IMG/VR virus record: IMGVR_UViG_3300032315_001715 | Coordinates: 62,001 to 126,000 of that record | Length of the DNA stretch: 64,000 bases | Strand: one strand, 5' to 3' | Shown here: piece by piece, positions 1 to 10,258 of the stretch | How the letters are laid out: every line of letters begins with the position of its first letter | Position numbering within the stretch: the stretch's first letter is position 1 | Made by a program: the position numbers and the translations under genes | Notes under the pieces: model-generated | The model's input: the letters and a program-made list of their open reading frames with translations, nothing else | The model's database searches: none | Told to the model about the DNA's origin: nothing

Positions 1-40
1 CATAGCACCGCGGCCCTCCACCGTCAACCGATTTCCTCGG

Positions 41-463
41 TTAGATCCGCTGCCCGCGGAACCAGCAAACCCTGTGCCGCTGGTTCAGCACATACATGGC
101 TCCATGCAATACCAACTCCGGCGTGGTGGGAACCTCACCGGTCATGGTGTAGAACCACGGATCGTTGCGCGAGTCCTGCCCCTGTGCCAGCACCGACACG
201 CGCTGGTCCCTGACCGCACCGTTCCACGTTTCCGCCCACGGCACGCCCGATCGGTGCTGACCGCTGCTATCGCCTCGCAGGGACCCGTTGGTGATGGTCA
301 GCGTCAAGCCCTGTCGGCTCCATCCCGGATGGCGCAGGCCGGTGGTGGGATGCGGCAGGCTGGTGCCGCAGGCCATGGTTCCACGATAGACGCCGTCCCC
401 GGGCAGACCCCACGCTGGCCCAGCGATCAGCACCAACGCCGCGATCAGGCACAACCGCATCAT
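41..463 (-). CDS. hypothetical secreted protein
   Basis: 140-aa ORF with a signal-peptide-like N-terminus (MMRLCLIAALVLIAGPAWG). Confidence 0.6.
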   Translation of the reverse strand: MMRLCLIAALVLIAGPAWGLPGDGVYRGTMACGTSLPHPTTGLRHPGWSRQGLTLTITNGSLRGDSSGQHRSGVPWAETWNGAVRDQRVSVLAQGQDSRNDPWFYTMTGEVPTTPELVLHGAMYVLNQRHRVCWFRGQRI

Positions 464-661
464 CGCCGCAGATCCGGATCGATGATGTTCCAGGTGCCGT
501 CCATGATGCGTGTGACCAAGCTGGTGGCACCCAGCAGCAGCACCACGAAGCCCAGCAGGATCAGCGGCTCAGCGAGGATTTCCATCAGAGTGTCCATGGT
601 GTCGTCTCCCGGTTGCAGGGCCAACATAGCATGCCGGCCCTGCGGTGTCAACCAACATTCC

Positions 662-889
662 TCAGAAGATCTCGCTGCGGGCTTCCCGCTCACGCTCGCG
701 ATAGCTGCGATCGATCCTGCGCGCCCAGCGCACGCTTTCGATCTTGCCACGGATGCCGTCCCGCGTCAGCGCTGCCCGCAGCTCGTCGTCGGTGTAGCAC
801 TCGTCGATCACGCTGCAGGACCCAACACCCACCTTGTCGTCCCTGCGCACCGCGTTGATCCAGGCCGGCATGCCAGTGATCTTGTCCAT
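662..889 (-). CDS. hypothetical phage protein
   Basis: ORF with a GGAG RBS, directly downstream of a sigma70-like promoter. Confidence 0.6.
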   Translation of the reverse strand: MDKITGMPAWINAVRRDDKVGVGSCSVIDECYTDDELRAALTRDGIRGKIESVRWARRIDRSYREREREARSEIF

Positions 890-918
890 TGCAATCTAGC
901 TCCCTGTTCCGTGTGGTG

Positions 919-946
919 ATTATAGCACGGTGGAACAGGGTGTCAA
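919..946 (-). promoter_or_regulatory. sigma70-like early promoter (TTGACA-16-TATAAT); representative of a recurring TTGAC...TGCTA class
   Basis: Minus strand TTGACAccctgttccaccgtgcTATAAT; similar TTGAC..(CG)TGCTA motifs near 1-27, 1611-1636, 5632-5660, 11660-11686, 30519-30546 and 33858-33884. Confidence 0.7.
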
Positions 947-1068
947 CCATAAAATGTCCCGCGTGCAACGCCGCTGCAACCCCCTCGGCATCTCTCCGTG
1001 GTCACGCTAGCGGCCACCATGTTTGACCCCGGTGTAGCGGCGTTAAAACCCGCCTAGCACCGGGGATA

Positions 1069-1368
1069 TCAACCCCACCGCGTGATGTCTTCGAAACGAT
1101 CACTGCCCATGGTGAGATAGTCCATCTCGGTATAGCCCAAACGGTCCACACCCGCACCAATGCCCAGGTAGACACCATCTACATCAAAGGCACCGTAGCC
1201 GTAGCTGTCATAACCTTCGTCGTCATAGTTGCCAAAGTGCCGTTGCTCGTCGTAAACGTCTCGGGTGTGATCATATGGCACAGGAAGCTCACCACGGCAG
1301 TTGAACCTGTATTCATACTGGTTGTCTCGCGCATGCGGGCAGCGAGGTGAGTATTTGCCCTGTCCCAT
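1069..1368 (-). CDS. hypothetical protein with YD/GYD repeats
   Basis: Probable start MGQGKYSPRC; GNYDDEGYDSYGY..GVDRLGY repeats. Confidence 0.55.
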   Translation of the reverse strand: MGQGKYSPRCPHARDNQYEYRFNCRGELPVPYDHTRDVYDEQRHFGNYDDEGYDSYGYGAFDVDGVYLGIGAGVDRLGYTEMDYLTMGSDRFEDITRWG

Positions 1369-1986
1369 GATCCTAGGCCGCGCGGGCCACTTGCTCGACG
1401 AAGGGCCGCACCACCGACATCTCACGGCGGGTCAGCGGCGGCTCAAAGGGCTGGCCAATGTGCTGCACGCGGCTGGCCACGCGGGCCACCTCCACGCTGA
1501 GGCGATCGTTCTTGGTGTTGCTGGCGAACTTGGTCATGGCCGCGATCACCGCGTCCAGCTGGTTGTCAGGTGTCATACCGGGATCCTTGCTAGCTGTGTT
1601 GATCAACAGTCTAGCACGGCCTCACCGTGCCGTCAAGCGTTTTCCAGCCCCATGGCGGCTGATACCGCAGGAATCCTGCGCCTCGCCATCGCCACGTACC
1701 GTGCCCACATCGCCAGCAGGGTTTCCGCTGCCAGGGCCGCAGCGGCCGTCATCACGCCCAGCAAGGTCCAGGCCACCACCGCGGCACCTACCCAGAAAAT
1801 CACATCCATCATGGCCGTTGCCCCTCCCAGGGCTACCAAGCGAATCATCGTGTTCGCCGATGCCACAATGTAGCGGATGAATGTGTTGCAAATGCGTTAA
1901 CACAGTGCAGAACCAGTGTGGAACCAAAATATATTTTTGGTCGCGGAAAACCCCCGTGGCCACTGGTGCCGCCGGTGGTTTCGGTG

Positions 1987-2568
1987 TTAGTAGTTGCTGA
2001 GCTGGTCGTCGGCACGTTCAGCAGCGTCATCCTCGTGCTGATGGAACCATGTGGTGATTTCCTCACGCTCCTTCGGGGTCAGCTCGTCGCCGGGCTCAGG
2101 GCTTATGCCCTTGGGAAGGTCCAGCTCGATGGAGTTGATTTCAAACTCCCACTCGGGACCATGTCCTGGATCGGTGCGGTCGCCCGCAAATCCCGGTGAC
2201 ACCATGGTTGCGGTGTATTCTATCCACACGTCATACTCGGCCTCATCGGGCGTGCCCTTGTGGCGGGTCATCACCATGCCCATGCCGGCATCAACGCTGT
2301 CACCCCTGCGTGGTCCACCACGTCCGTAGGCTTCGGCAACGCCGCCGCGTCGGATGGTCAACAGCACCTCGTCCATGCTGTTGTGTGCTCCCTGCACCAG
2401 CCTCATGATCTCGCTGGTGTCCTTGCTGTTCAGCGCCTTGGCAAGATCGGCCTTGATTGCCTGTGCGGTGGCCGTCAGCTGGCCCTTGTCCTCGGCAACG
2501 GTTTCGCTTGCTTGGTGCTCGATGCTTTCGAGCAGGTTACGGTAGTATCCTGGATCCTTGGTTGCCAT
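1987..2568 (-). CDS. hypothetical late (putative virion-internal) protein
   Basis: TAAATA at 2596-2601, GGAG RBS, N-terminal YRNLLESIE motif. Confidence 0.6.
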   Translation of the reverse strand: MATKDPGYYRNLLESIEHQASETVAEDKGQLTATAQAIKADLAKALNSKDTSEIMRLVQGAHNSMDEVLLTIRRGGVAEAYGRGGPRRGDSVDAGMGMVMTRHKGTPDEAEYDVWIEYTATMVSPGFAGDRTDPGHGPEWEFEINSIELDLPKGISPEPGDELTPKEREEITTWFHQHEDDAAERADDQLSNY

Positions 2569-2906
2569 CTTTGTTCTCCTTGGCGGTGGTTAGCCTATTT
2601 AGCCGTGGAATGTGGTTTCGCCGCCGTATGGCAATCCTAGCGGGCGATGGTCACTTGTCGTCCTTGCCTTCCACATAGGTGCTGGCCATGATGGCCTTGA
2701 ATCGCGCGTTCTTGCTCTTCTGCTCATGGGTCGTCAAGTCTTCCGTCTCGATTTTCACATGCGGAAGCATTTCGATTTCGTTTGCCTCTCCGGCAAAGCG
2801 GCTTTTCTTCATGGTTCTCTGGTCCACAGGTAGTTGGGTTGGCGGTTGATGTAACATAGCAGCATCAACCATAACGATCAAGCTGCTAACCAACCATATG
2901 GTGCGA

Positions 2907-3827
2907 TTATCTACGCAGGGATTGCAGACGATTCATGGCCATCTGTGCCACATCCTCGTTCCTCTCTAGCGTGGCCTTGGCAAAGCGCGTTAGGTTATGG
3001 AAATAGGTGGTGACATCGGTGGTATAACGCTGGAACCCTTCGGGATTTCGCAGGGTGGCATCGATCTGATAGTTGCTGATATTCGGCATGGGATTCTCAG
3101 CAACAGCACGGGAGACAGCGTTCATCACCTCGGGTGAATTGCGGGTATAACTGGTCAAGCGCCCCTGATTGTCGTTGATGACGTCGGTAAAGCGCTGCCA
3201 CCGCTGCCGCCCACCGATCACACCGGTTTCGTCCTGCATGGCGATGCGTTCAAGATTGATGGCACCATTGGTGGAAGGAACTCGGGTGGCATTGAACTGC
3301 AAAACGTTCTGAATTGTGTTGGGGTTTGCTGCGGTCTGTGCGGCAGCAACATCTCCCCCGCTGCCGCCAGTGACCGTGTTTACCAGCTGATCAATGTTGC
3401 CAGACAGTGACTGATCCATCTGTGCTGCTGCGCTTTGTGCTGCTGCGGGATTGGACGCCAGTCCTATCAGCGTGCCTACCATGCCTACCAGCACCAATAT
3501 CAATGTGCGATTTGCTGCGGCGGCTTTGCCCATCTTGCCGATCTTGGTCAACACCGCACCGACCTTGGGATCCATCTTGCCCGAGGAATTGAACATGTCC
3601 ATGGCTCGGGTGGTAGCCTTGGACAACAGCGAGTATTGCACATCGTCGTATTTGTCCTTGACGGCCTTGGTGGTCTTGCGAATGCGATCAAGTATGGCAC
3701 CCTCGCTGAGTGCCGTGCTTTCCAGCAGCATGCTGGATTGGTTGATTTCCGTGCAGAAGATCACAAATGGATCCTCACAAACGCTAATACGGTTGATCAG
3801 CTGTCTCATGGAGTCTGAAGCGGACAT
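2907..3827 (-). CDS. hypothetical late protein with a hydrophobic segment
   Basis: 306 aa; TAAATA at 3858-3863; N-terminus SDSMRQLINRISVCE. Confidence 0.65.
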   Translation of the reverse strand: MSASDSMRQLINRISVCEDPFVIFCTEINQSSMLLESTALSEGAILDRIRKTTKAVKDKYDDVQYSLLSKATTRAMDMFNSSGKMDPKVGAVLTKIGKMGKAAAANRTLILVLVGMVGTLIGLASNPAAAQSAAAQMDQSLSGNIDQLVNTVTGGSGGDVAAAQTAANPNTIQNVLQFNATRVPSTNGAINLERIAMQDETGVIGGRQRWQRFTDVINDNQGRLTSYTRNSPEVMNAVSRAVAENPMPNISNYQIDATLRNPEGFQRYTTDVTTYFHNLTRFAKATLERNEDVAQMAMNRLQSLRR

Positions 3828-3918
3828 GTTACATGGTCTCCTGGATGTGGTATGGGATATTTAGCATGCCAGCCCATCTGATGGGATATTTATCGCTACC
3901 CCAGGTCAACCATCAAAG

Positions 3919-4245
3919 CTATGCAGCCCAGGTATAGTTGAGGGCGCGATCATGCATGACGAACTCCCAGTTCTCATCGTGGTACTCAGGCTTGGCGTCG
4001 GAATACCACACGCGGAGGTTTTCATGCGCATATCGACGGGTGTGTGCAAGATCCTCGGGCGTTCGCTTGAAATGCCTATTGATCACGCGGATGGCCGAAT
4101 GATAGGTGATGAAGTCCACCAACCATTCTCGGAACTCCTCTGCCGTGAGTTCATGCTCGGCCCGCTGGGCGATGTAGGGCACGCCTGCCATGAGGTGACA
4201 GTGGAAGTCATTGTCGTGCAGCGTGGCGATGATGAAGTTTGTCAT
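3919..4245 (-). CDS. hypothetical protein
   Basis: 108-aa ORF with RBS, co-oriented with its neighbours. Confidence 0.55.
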   Translation of the reverse strand: MTNFIIATLHDNDFHCHLMAGVPYIAQRAEHELTAEEFREWLVDFITYHSAIRVINRHFKRTPEDLAHTRRYAHENLRVWYSDAKPEYHDENWEFVMHDRALNYTWAA

Positions 4246-4514
4246 GTTTGCGATCCTTGTTGGTTATCCCCAGGTTAGCTGCCACGGCGGTGAGAGGCGT
4301 CATTGTTCCCTGATCGTCTTCGATCTCGGTTTGCGGGGCAGCTTGCCGTGCCGACCGTGCCAGATACCGGGACAGGTCCCGCCTCCCTGATCTCGCAGGG
4401 CGGCATCGGCCTCATCAAAGGTATCCACCGGCCATGTCACCCAGCCGCAGGTCCAGCAGATGCTCTCCTCGCCTTTGAACGGCAGGAAAACATGTCCGTG
4501 GCAGGCAACACCGC

Positions 4515-4790
4515 TCATTGCACCGGCACCAGATCATACACCACGATTTCAGCGGCACACCACTTGGCATGGTTATCAACCTGCCAGGGAAGATACCTCC
4601 GGGTCTCGCTGAGTTCCCGGCTGGTCTTGAGCTCGATGAGTTCCCGGCTGGTCTTGAGCTCGCTGCGCATCTTGCGCTCGGCGCTGAGACGATTGGTGAA
4701 GACGGGACTGTCATGCTCGTCCCGACACCAACCGCTGCGGCCCTTGTACCAGACGCGACCGCTGCGGATCCTGTATAGCTGCTGGTTCAT
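4515..4790 (-). CDS. hypothetical protein with an internal 9-aa tandem duplication (ELKTSREL)
   Basis: ATGA-coupled to neighbours; 27-bp-period direct repeat at 4610-4662. Confidence 0.5.
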   Translation of the reverse strand: MNQQLYRIRSGRVWYKGRSGWCRDEHDSPVFTNRLSAERKMRSELKTSRELIELKTSRELSETRRYLPWQVDNHAKWCAAEIVVYDLVPVQ

Positions 4791-5362
4791 CGCGGCTTCA
4801 CCACCAGGCTCCACCAGCTTTCCATGCCTGCACCGTCATGATCTGAAATGACCTGGAGATCCAGTCCTTGTGCGTCTGCCCAAGCGACCATTTCCCTGCA
4901 CCATTGCGCATGATCACCGTGATGTGCCTGGGCAATGCTGGTGTCATAGCGGCGAGCATCATTCAGCGTCCTGGGCAGTCGCATGGGCTTGAGCACCAAG
5001 CCCTCGTTGATTGAGCGCGCGATGCGGCTTTGCAGCTCTTGGATGGCCAAGAACACCTCTTGCCGGCGTCTCTCCGCCTTCTCTCGCAGTTCCCGGCTTG
5101 CGGCCGCATCGCGATCCAAGCGCAGTCTCTCCGCCTCCTGGATGTTCTCGCGCAGCAGCGCGCCCAGGGTCTTGTGGGCAGGTTCAACCGGATCAGGCAC
5201 AGCAAGGTCCAGCTCGCGATCCAACCAACGGCGGGCTTCGTTCATGGCCATGCTGATGCCTTGCTGATGCTCTCCACCGGCTCGGAGAGCCCGGATGCTG
5301 GCAACTTCCTTTTCATACAGTGCATGCACTTCGCTGCGGGTCATGCGGGGTTTATCGCTCAT
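4787..5362 (-). CDS. hypothetical coiled-coil protein
   Basis: 191-aa ORF translationally coupled to neighbours. Confidence 0.6.
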   Translation of the reverse strand: MSDKPRMTRSEVHALYEKEVASIRALRAGGEHQQGISMAMNEARRWLDRELDLAVPDPVEPAHKTLGALLRENIQEAERLRLDRDAAASRELREKAERRRQEVFLAIQELQSRIARSINEGLVLKPMRLPRTLNDARRYDTSIAQAHHGDHAQWCREMVAWADAQGLDLQVISDHDGAGMESWWSLVVKPR

Positions 5363-5586
5363 CGCTGCCGAATCCCAACCTCAACGCGATCGCTGACATA
5401 CCAGCAGGCAAAGCTGTTGGGATCTCGGCTGGAATAGCATTGGTATTGCAGATATGCACCCAGTCCCCAGAATCCAAGGATGCCAACAAACATCAGCACC
5501 CAGAGCACCATGAACATGCGGCCGAACAGATCCATGCGCCGGCGGCTTTTTTCAAAGCGATTTTCAAATTGGTTTCGATTAAGCAT
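5359..5586 (-). CDS. small membrane protein
   Basis: Single hydrophobic helix; promoter upstream at ~5632-5660. Confidence 0.55.
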   Translation of the reverse strand: MLNRNQFENRFEKSRRRMDLFGRMFMVLWVLMFVGILGFWGLGAYLQYQCYSSRDPNSFACWYVSDRVEVGIRQR

Positions 5587-5683
5587 GTGATGTCAATCCC
5601 AGCGTTGATCAGCCCCGCGGGCCGTTAACCGATTGTAGCAGAACAGCCCTAGGTGTCAAGCGATATTTGCCGAACCGCGCACA

Positions 5684-5953
5684 TCACGCCCATTTCATCA
5701 GGAATGCGATCTTGTGCTCTTGGCTGGGAAATTCAATGTAGCCGTCAATGCCAAATGTTGTCACTCCGCCAAAGCTGGCTATCTCCTCGTTGACACGCGC
5801 ATCGGCAATGGGCCTGGCCATGGAATCACCCTCCGTGTCATTGAGATCGTCCCAGGCCCGATCAAGCAGATTGGAATAAGCAGGATGGCATTCTCGGCCG
5901 CCGTTTTCCAGCCGACGATACAGCGGGAGCGTGTTATCGCACCCGCTGCTCAT
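5684..5953 (-). CDS. small protein of the F..D/E...F...W paralog family
   Basis: C-terminus IEFPSQEHKIAFLMKWA. Confidence 0.55.
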   Translation of the reverse strand: MSSGCDNTLPLYRRLENGGRECHPAYSNLLDRAWDDLNDTEGDSMARPIADARVNEEIASFGGVTTFGIDGYIEFPSQEHKIAFLMKWA

Positions 5954-5963
5954 CGGTCCACCA

Positions 5964-6554
5964 TTAGCGTCGTTGATTCTGGCGAAGCACGCCCAGCGGT
6001 AAGCTCACCGGATGTTGGCTGCATGCCTGCGGGTCTCCCTGTCCGGCCTCGGTGAGAAATGCTGTGTTGGCAGGCACCTGTCCCATGGGGCAGCGGCAGC
6101 TGGCCATGCCGTTGCCGAGATTCTCGCAGAGGAATGAAAAGCAATTGGATGCGTTGTAGCCCTGGTTGAGCTCGGCACCGCACATCTGCACCCTGGCCCT
6201 CATGTCCCGGGGGCGGTGTGAGAATCCCGATGCTTCCTGTGGGTAAAACACCCGCGGTGCGAACAAGCTCCACACCGTGCCTTCTCGGGGGATGTCGCAG
6301 GTACCTGTCATGTTGCCCGCCTGCGTGTCGGCCAGCGCGGTACCCGTCAGTATGGGGCAGCGGCATTCCACCTCGGGATAGCTCTCACCAGACGTGGTGG
6401 TGATGGTTCGACCCGTGGGGGTGCAGGTCGACGCGGCACACAATGCAAACTCCCCGTTGCAGGTGGTCAGGCCCTGGGTGCCGGGGCTTTGCGCTGCCGT
6501 GGGCGATGTCATCACCGCCGCGATGATGATAATGATGGCTATGATGTATTTCAT
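5964..6554 (-). CDS. Cys-rich secreted protein
   Basis: Start MKYIIAIII signal peptide; about 12 Cys; TAAATA upstream near 6588. Confidence 0.65.
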   Translation of the reverse strand: MKYIIAIIIIIAAVMTSPTAAQSPGTQGLTTCNGEFALCAASTCTPTGRTITTTSGESYPEVECRCPILTGTALADTQAGNMTGTCDIPREGTVWSLFAPRVFYPQEASGFSHRPRDMRARVQMCGAELNQGYNASNCFSFLCENLGNGMASCRCPMGQVPANTAFLTEAGQGDPQACSQHPVSLPLGVLRQNQRR

Positions 6555-6634
6555 GGTGTCTCCGATGTTAACTGGTATTATCCTGGTATTTATCGGCTTG
6601 ATACCAGCATCCCTGCGGATATCACCCGCAGGAA

Positions 6635-6967
6635 TCAATTGATCTTGGCATCGCATGCGCAGCGGGTATCATCCTTCTTGGTACTCTGTACCGAACCGGC
6701 ACCCAGCGCTGGGGTTCTCTGTCCGGCCAAGAATCCCAGCGCGGTTGATGCCAGGCTCAGCATGGCTGCCATCCATTCACCTGGTGGTGCTGCATCGGAA
6801 CTTCCCATCACCTTGATCGCCATCATGACGAAACCAATGCTGATGAATGACACCACGGTAACGGAGCACACCATGACCCCGGCATAATCCCTGAGCATGG
6901 TGGCACCCATGCGCGGGTCAACCTTACCGGAGATTTCAGCAGCAGGCTTGGCATCGTCAGTTGGCAT
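6635..6967 (-). CDS. two-TM membrane protein (holin-like)
   Basis: Two hydrophobic helices and a charged C-terminus. Confidence 0.45.
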   Translation of the reverse strand: MPTDDAKPAAEISGKVDPRMGATMLRDYAGVMVCSVTVVSFISIGFVMMAIKVMGSSDAAPPGEWMAAMLSLASTALGFLAGQRTPALGAGSVQSTKKDDTRCACDAKIN

Positions 6968-7448
6968 GGGTCACCTCGAATTCCAATCTGGGTGTGCGGG
7001 GATAATCTATCATCTGCTGGCCTTCGCGGCATTCGTACACCAACGTGCCGGTTAGCCTTGCTGTGCCTGCCGCCACCGAATCGCGGTTTGTCATGCGCAT
7101 GACCCAGCTGAAGGTTTCAACCTTGCCGTCGGACGACGTCCCTACCGTGCGATTGGCGCTGTTGACCACGGAATGGGCAAATCCATCCGCGTCTACAATG
7201 CCTGCATCAAAGCTTTTCAACGGGCAGTCGTTGCGCAGCTTGCGCCGGGCCACGGTGACCTGCCATGTGTGCGGTGCCGTGCCAGGCCGCACGGAAAATC
7301 CTGACTCATCCCAGATCAACACTGGTTTATCGCCGCGCAGGAATCTATCATATGCGGTGTGCGTGCCTAGTGCGATGGTTATCACCACGGCGACGAATTG
7401 CAGCTTGGGAAGATATTCCTTGAGAGCCCTGGTTATTGTTATTGCCAT
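6957..7448 (-). CDS. membrane-anchored periplasmic protein
   Basis: N-terminal TM helix followed by a beta-rich domain with 2 Cys. Confidence 0.55.
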   Translation of the reverse strand: MAITITRALKEYLPKLQFVAVVITIALGTHTAYDRFLRGDKPVLIWDESGFSVRPGTAPHTWQVTVARRKLRNDCPLKSFDAGIVDADGFAHSVVNSANRTVGTSSDGKVETFSWVMRMTNRDSVAAGTARLTGTLVYECREGQQMIDYPRTPRLEFEVTHAN

Positions 7449-7564
7449 TGGATCACCACCATCCTGCCAGCCATCCAAGTCCCACGGCTAGATTGAACAC
7501 GGTCCAGGATCCAAGACCAGCCAACACGAAGTTCTTCGCCGCAACAAGCATCATGCCAATGGAT

Positions 7565-7882
7565 TCAAGCATCGGGCTTGCCTTTCCACAGCATCTGGTG
7601 GAATGCATATACCCAGCTTAACAGGCTCAGGGTGCTGATGGCAAACACGGCCTGCACGTAGTTGTGGAGCTCCAGTGGAACACCGTATTGCATGGCATCA
7701 GACACGCCATGCAGCCCTGCTAGATTCACCGAGCTCATCAGCGCGAGGCTGGCAAATGCCCAGCGCCGCATGCCAGGTCCTAGATGCTTTTTTAGCGTGT
7801 TGCCCTGCATGAAGAAATGCGTGGTGACCAGCATCTCAACGACAAAGGCCAGGAGGAAAATCGCAGCTAATATCCATACCAT
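7565..7882 (-). CDS. three-TM membrane protein
   Basis: Hydrophobic helices; TAAATA upstream near 7912. Confidence 0.55.
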   Translation of the reverse strand: MVWILAAIFLLAFVVEMLVTTHFFMQGNTLKKHLGPGMRRWAFASLALMSSVNLAGLHGVSDAMQYGVPLELHNYVQAVFAISTLSLLSWVYAFHQMLWKGKPDA

Positions 7883-7976
7883 GGTTGTATCTCCAGTAAT
7901 GTATGGAGATATTTATTTTACGGCATTTGGATCATAAACCTGAGGTTAATGGCACGACTGGTTCGGTACCGCTTGA

Positions 7977-8411
7977 TTAGATCGGCAACATCTGGGCAAA
8001 TCCCTGCATCCACAACAGCAGCCGCTCACGCATGGTGAGAACACCAACGCCGCGCTGCTTGGCACGCTGCCTCTGGCGGCGCGCGCGGCGATTGACCACC
8101 GCAGCGTCCTCGATGCGTCGCTGGTCCTGCTCAAATCGCCGCGAGATCAGCTCAAACTCATGCATGTCGGTATGTCGGCGAACGCTGTTGCATCGATGGC
8201 ATGCGGCTGTGAGGTTCCATCGGTGGTTATCGCCTCCCTGGCACTGGGGTACCATGTGCTCGATGGTTGCGGTGTGCATGAATCCCACATCCATGGTTAT
8301 CTCCTGATTGCACCAATGGCATCGCCAGCCGTGGTCAGCGGCTATGGCTTGCCGCCAGCGACCGCGGTGCCGTGATGTGGTTATCTTAATGCACTCGTGG
8401 ATGTCGCACAT
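7977..8411 (-). CDS. HNH endonuclease
   Basis: CHWC..TIEHMVP..GGDN..NL..ACHRCN HNH/zinc motif. Confidence 0.85.
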   Translation of the reverse strand: MCDIHECIKITTSRHRGRWRQAIAADHGWRCHWCNQEITMDVGFMHTATIEHMVPQCQGGDNHRWNLTAACHRCNSVRRHTDMHEFELISRRFEQDQRRIEDAAVVNRRARRQRQRAKQRGVGVLTMRERLLLWMQGFAQMLPI

Positions 8412-8602
8412 CGTCGGATGCCCTTAGCGGCCGCGAAAAACGTTCAGGGAAATCGCAGCCCAGGGCGTCAACAGCATGCCAAACGCGGCGATCATGCGTG
8501 TCATTGGATCGGTGATGATGTCTAACATCTTTTGGTCTCCCGTTGGTATGTTGCACAGCTAACATAGCACGGTTGCAAACCAAAATCAAGGGATATTTTT
8601 TA

Positions 8603-8803
8603 TCATTTTCCTGCGCGCTTGCGGCCACGTCGCATGTTGGCCTGCCAGCGTGCTAGCTGGGCCTTGCGCCCAGATCCGCGGCCGATCTTATCCAACTGCC
8701 CTAGGCTGGCGTGTTTTGGTATGCCGTGCCGGCGGCTGTCACCCGGACGACCAGGCCCCTTGCCGTCCGCGAAGTTTTCCTTGATGAATTCCCAGGCCCG
8801 CAT
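8603..8803 (-). CDS. small basic late protein
   Basis: MRAWEFIKE N-terminus; TAAATA at 8809-8814; very Arg/Lys-rich. Confidence 0.65.
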   Translation of the reverse strand: MRAWEFIKENFADGKGPGRPGDSRRHGIPKHASLGQLDKIGRGSGRKAQLARWQANMRRGRKRAGK

Positions 8804-8818
8804 GGGATTATTTATCGA

Positions 8819-9076
8819 TCATGTCCACGTCATCTGGAACAAGATCGCATCCTCGTGGTTTTTAAAGGTAAACATTGCCCGTCCGGACTCGGTTACCATG
8901 GATTCATGCCCCCAGGTCCATGAATCCATGGTTAGATTATTGACGCACCAATCCACGTGATCATGTATGGCATCGGTGGTGATGTTCAGCTTAACAACAC
9001 TGGGATGGTGCTGCGGATTTTCGACCAGGATCTCAGCATCAGCATGGTGTCGCCTTATCAACTCAACCTTCATCAT
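8819..9076 (-). CDS. small protein of the F..EDA..F..TW paralog family
   Basis: C-terminus FTFKNHEDAILFQMTWT. Confidence 0.7.
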   Translation of the reverse strand: MMKVELIRRHHADAEILVENPQHHPSVVKLNITTDAIHDHVDWCVNNLTMDSWTWGHESMVTESGRAMFTFKNHEDAILFQMTWT

Positions 9077-9077
9077 G

Positions 9078-9284
9078 CTAACACCATGTCAGCTGGAACA
9101 GCATGGCGTCCTCGAGCCGACGGAATCTCACGTCGGCATGTCCGAATATTTCGGCGAAATCCCAGAACCAGTCATCGGGCATGGTGGGCTTCCAACTCCC
9201 ACCGAGTCCAATGTTGTCCAGCAGCCAATGGCAGATCTCTGAATGTTGGGGATAATAATCTCGATCCAATCTGATGATCTTCAT
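9078..9284 (-). CDS. small protein of the F..EDA..F..TW paralog family
   Basis: C-terminus RFRRLEDAMLFQLTWC. Confidence 0.7.
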   Translation of the reverse strand: MKIIRLDRDYYPQHSEICHWLLDNIGLGGSWKPTMPDDWFWDFAEIFGHADVRFRRLEDAMLFQLTWC

Positions 9285-9287
9285 TGG

Positions 9288-9728
9288 CTACACCAGGGTT
9301 TCCTGCGTTTCGGTGCGGATCTCGATCATCACGATGTCGATTGGATGGGTCAGGAGAGCCATCAGCTCGTCCCTGATCTCAATGCAACGATCCAATGCAT
9401 CATGATATGGCTGCACACGGTAACCACCATTGGGCGGCACCCGACGATTAAGGTCCAAGATGCTGTCCAACGATCTCCGTGCTTGATCAATGTTCTGCTC
9501 GGCCTCGACGATTTCTTCTTGCAGCCGTGCAGGAATCAGGCTTGCGATCTTTCGCATGGCCTTTTCGGACCTGGCAACGGAAACCGGATGGTCAATTACT
9601 TCGAGATATCTGATCTTATAGTCCGTGTTGCCATCGTAACCCCAGGCCCGTACACTGATGTATTTTCCCAGCACCTGGCTCTTGAATGCGTAGATCTTGG
9701 AGGTGTGTACTCCGGGTTTGCGTGCCAT
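9288..9728 (-). CDS. hypothetical protein
   Basis: 146-aa ORF in a co-oriented gene run. Confidence 0.55.
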   Translation of the reverse strand: MARKPGVHTSKIYAFKSQVLGKYISVRAWGYDGNTDYKIRYLEVIDHPVSVARSEKAMRKIASLIPARLQEEIVEAEQNIDQARRSLDSILDLNRRVPPNGGYRVQPYHDALDRCIEIRDELMALLTHPIDIVMIEIRTETQETLV

Positions 9729-9772
9729 GATTCAACGTTCCTAGATTGGTTAACAATGGTGGCATTTGATCA

Positions 9773-9810
9773 GCCGGGGCAGGAACATGCTCAGCGGTTC
9801 CTGCCCCGGT
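9773..9810. terminator. GC-rich hairpin (terminator-like)
   Basis: CCGGGGCAGGAAC...GTTCCTGCCCCGG inverted repeat. Confidence 0.5.
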
Positions 9811-9958
9811 CGTCGTTTTAGCCTTCCGGCTCAGCCAGCTGTCCTTGCAGGTGCCGGATTTTCATTCGGTAATCCCCCTGGGAGCGTTGACCTCGTATCC
9901 GTGTGACCTCAGTAGCTTGATCGCCGCATTGATTGTGTCGGACGGAATGCTATCTTCG

Positions 9959-10258
9959 TCAGTCATCATTGTTTCTCCTGAGTTCGCGCAACATCTTGGC
10001 AGATCTGCTGCCTCGGATCAACACTATGGTATCAAATGGCTTGCACTGGTCCAGCAGATTGGTGATCAGCACAAACACCCCAAGGGGCCATGTGACGGCC
10101 CGCACCAACACCATCCACAGATCAGCCAGGGTGATGTCGTCGCCCCTGGCCCATTCCATGTATGACATGATGCCACTGGTGATCACCCCGGCGGTGAGAT
10201 ACGCTACGAACCAAATCAAGAGATCCTCCATTGAGAGGGTTAAAGTGACCATCGTCAC
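9959..10258 (-). CDS. small membrane protein
   Basis: Two hydrophobic segments, W-P motif. Confidence 0.5.
   Translation of the reverse strand: MTMVTLTLSMEDLLIWFVAYLTAGVITSGIMSYMEWARGDDITLADLWMVLVRAVTWPLGVFVLITNLLDQCKPFDTIVLIRGSRSAKMLRELRRNNDD

Noticed and set aside
74-919. Long plus-strand ORFs such as 74..919, 34344..35108 and 25456..26115
   Set aside because: They are antisense shadows of better-supported minus-strand genes and have no recognisable motifs.
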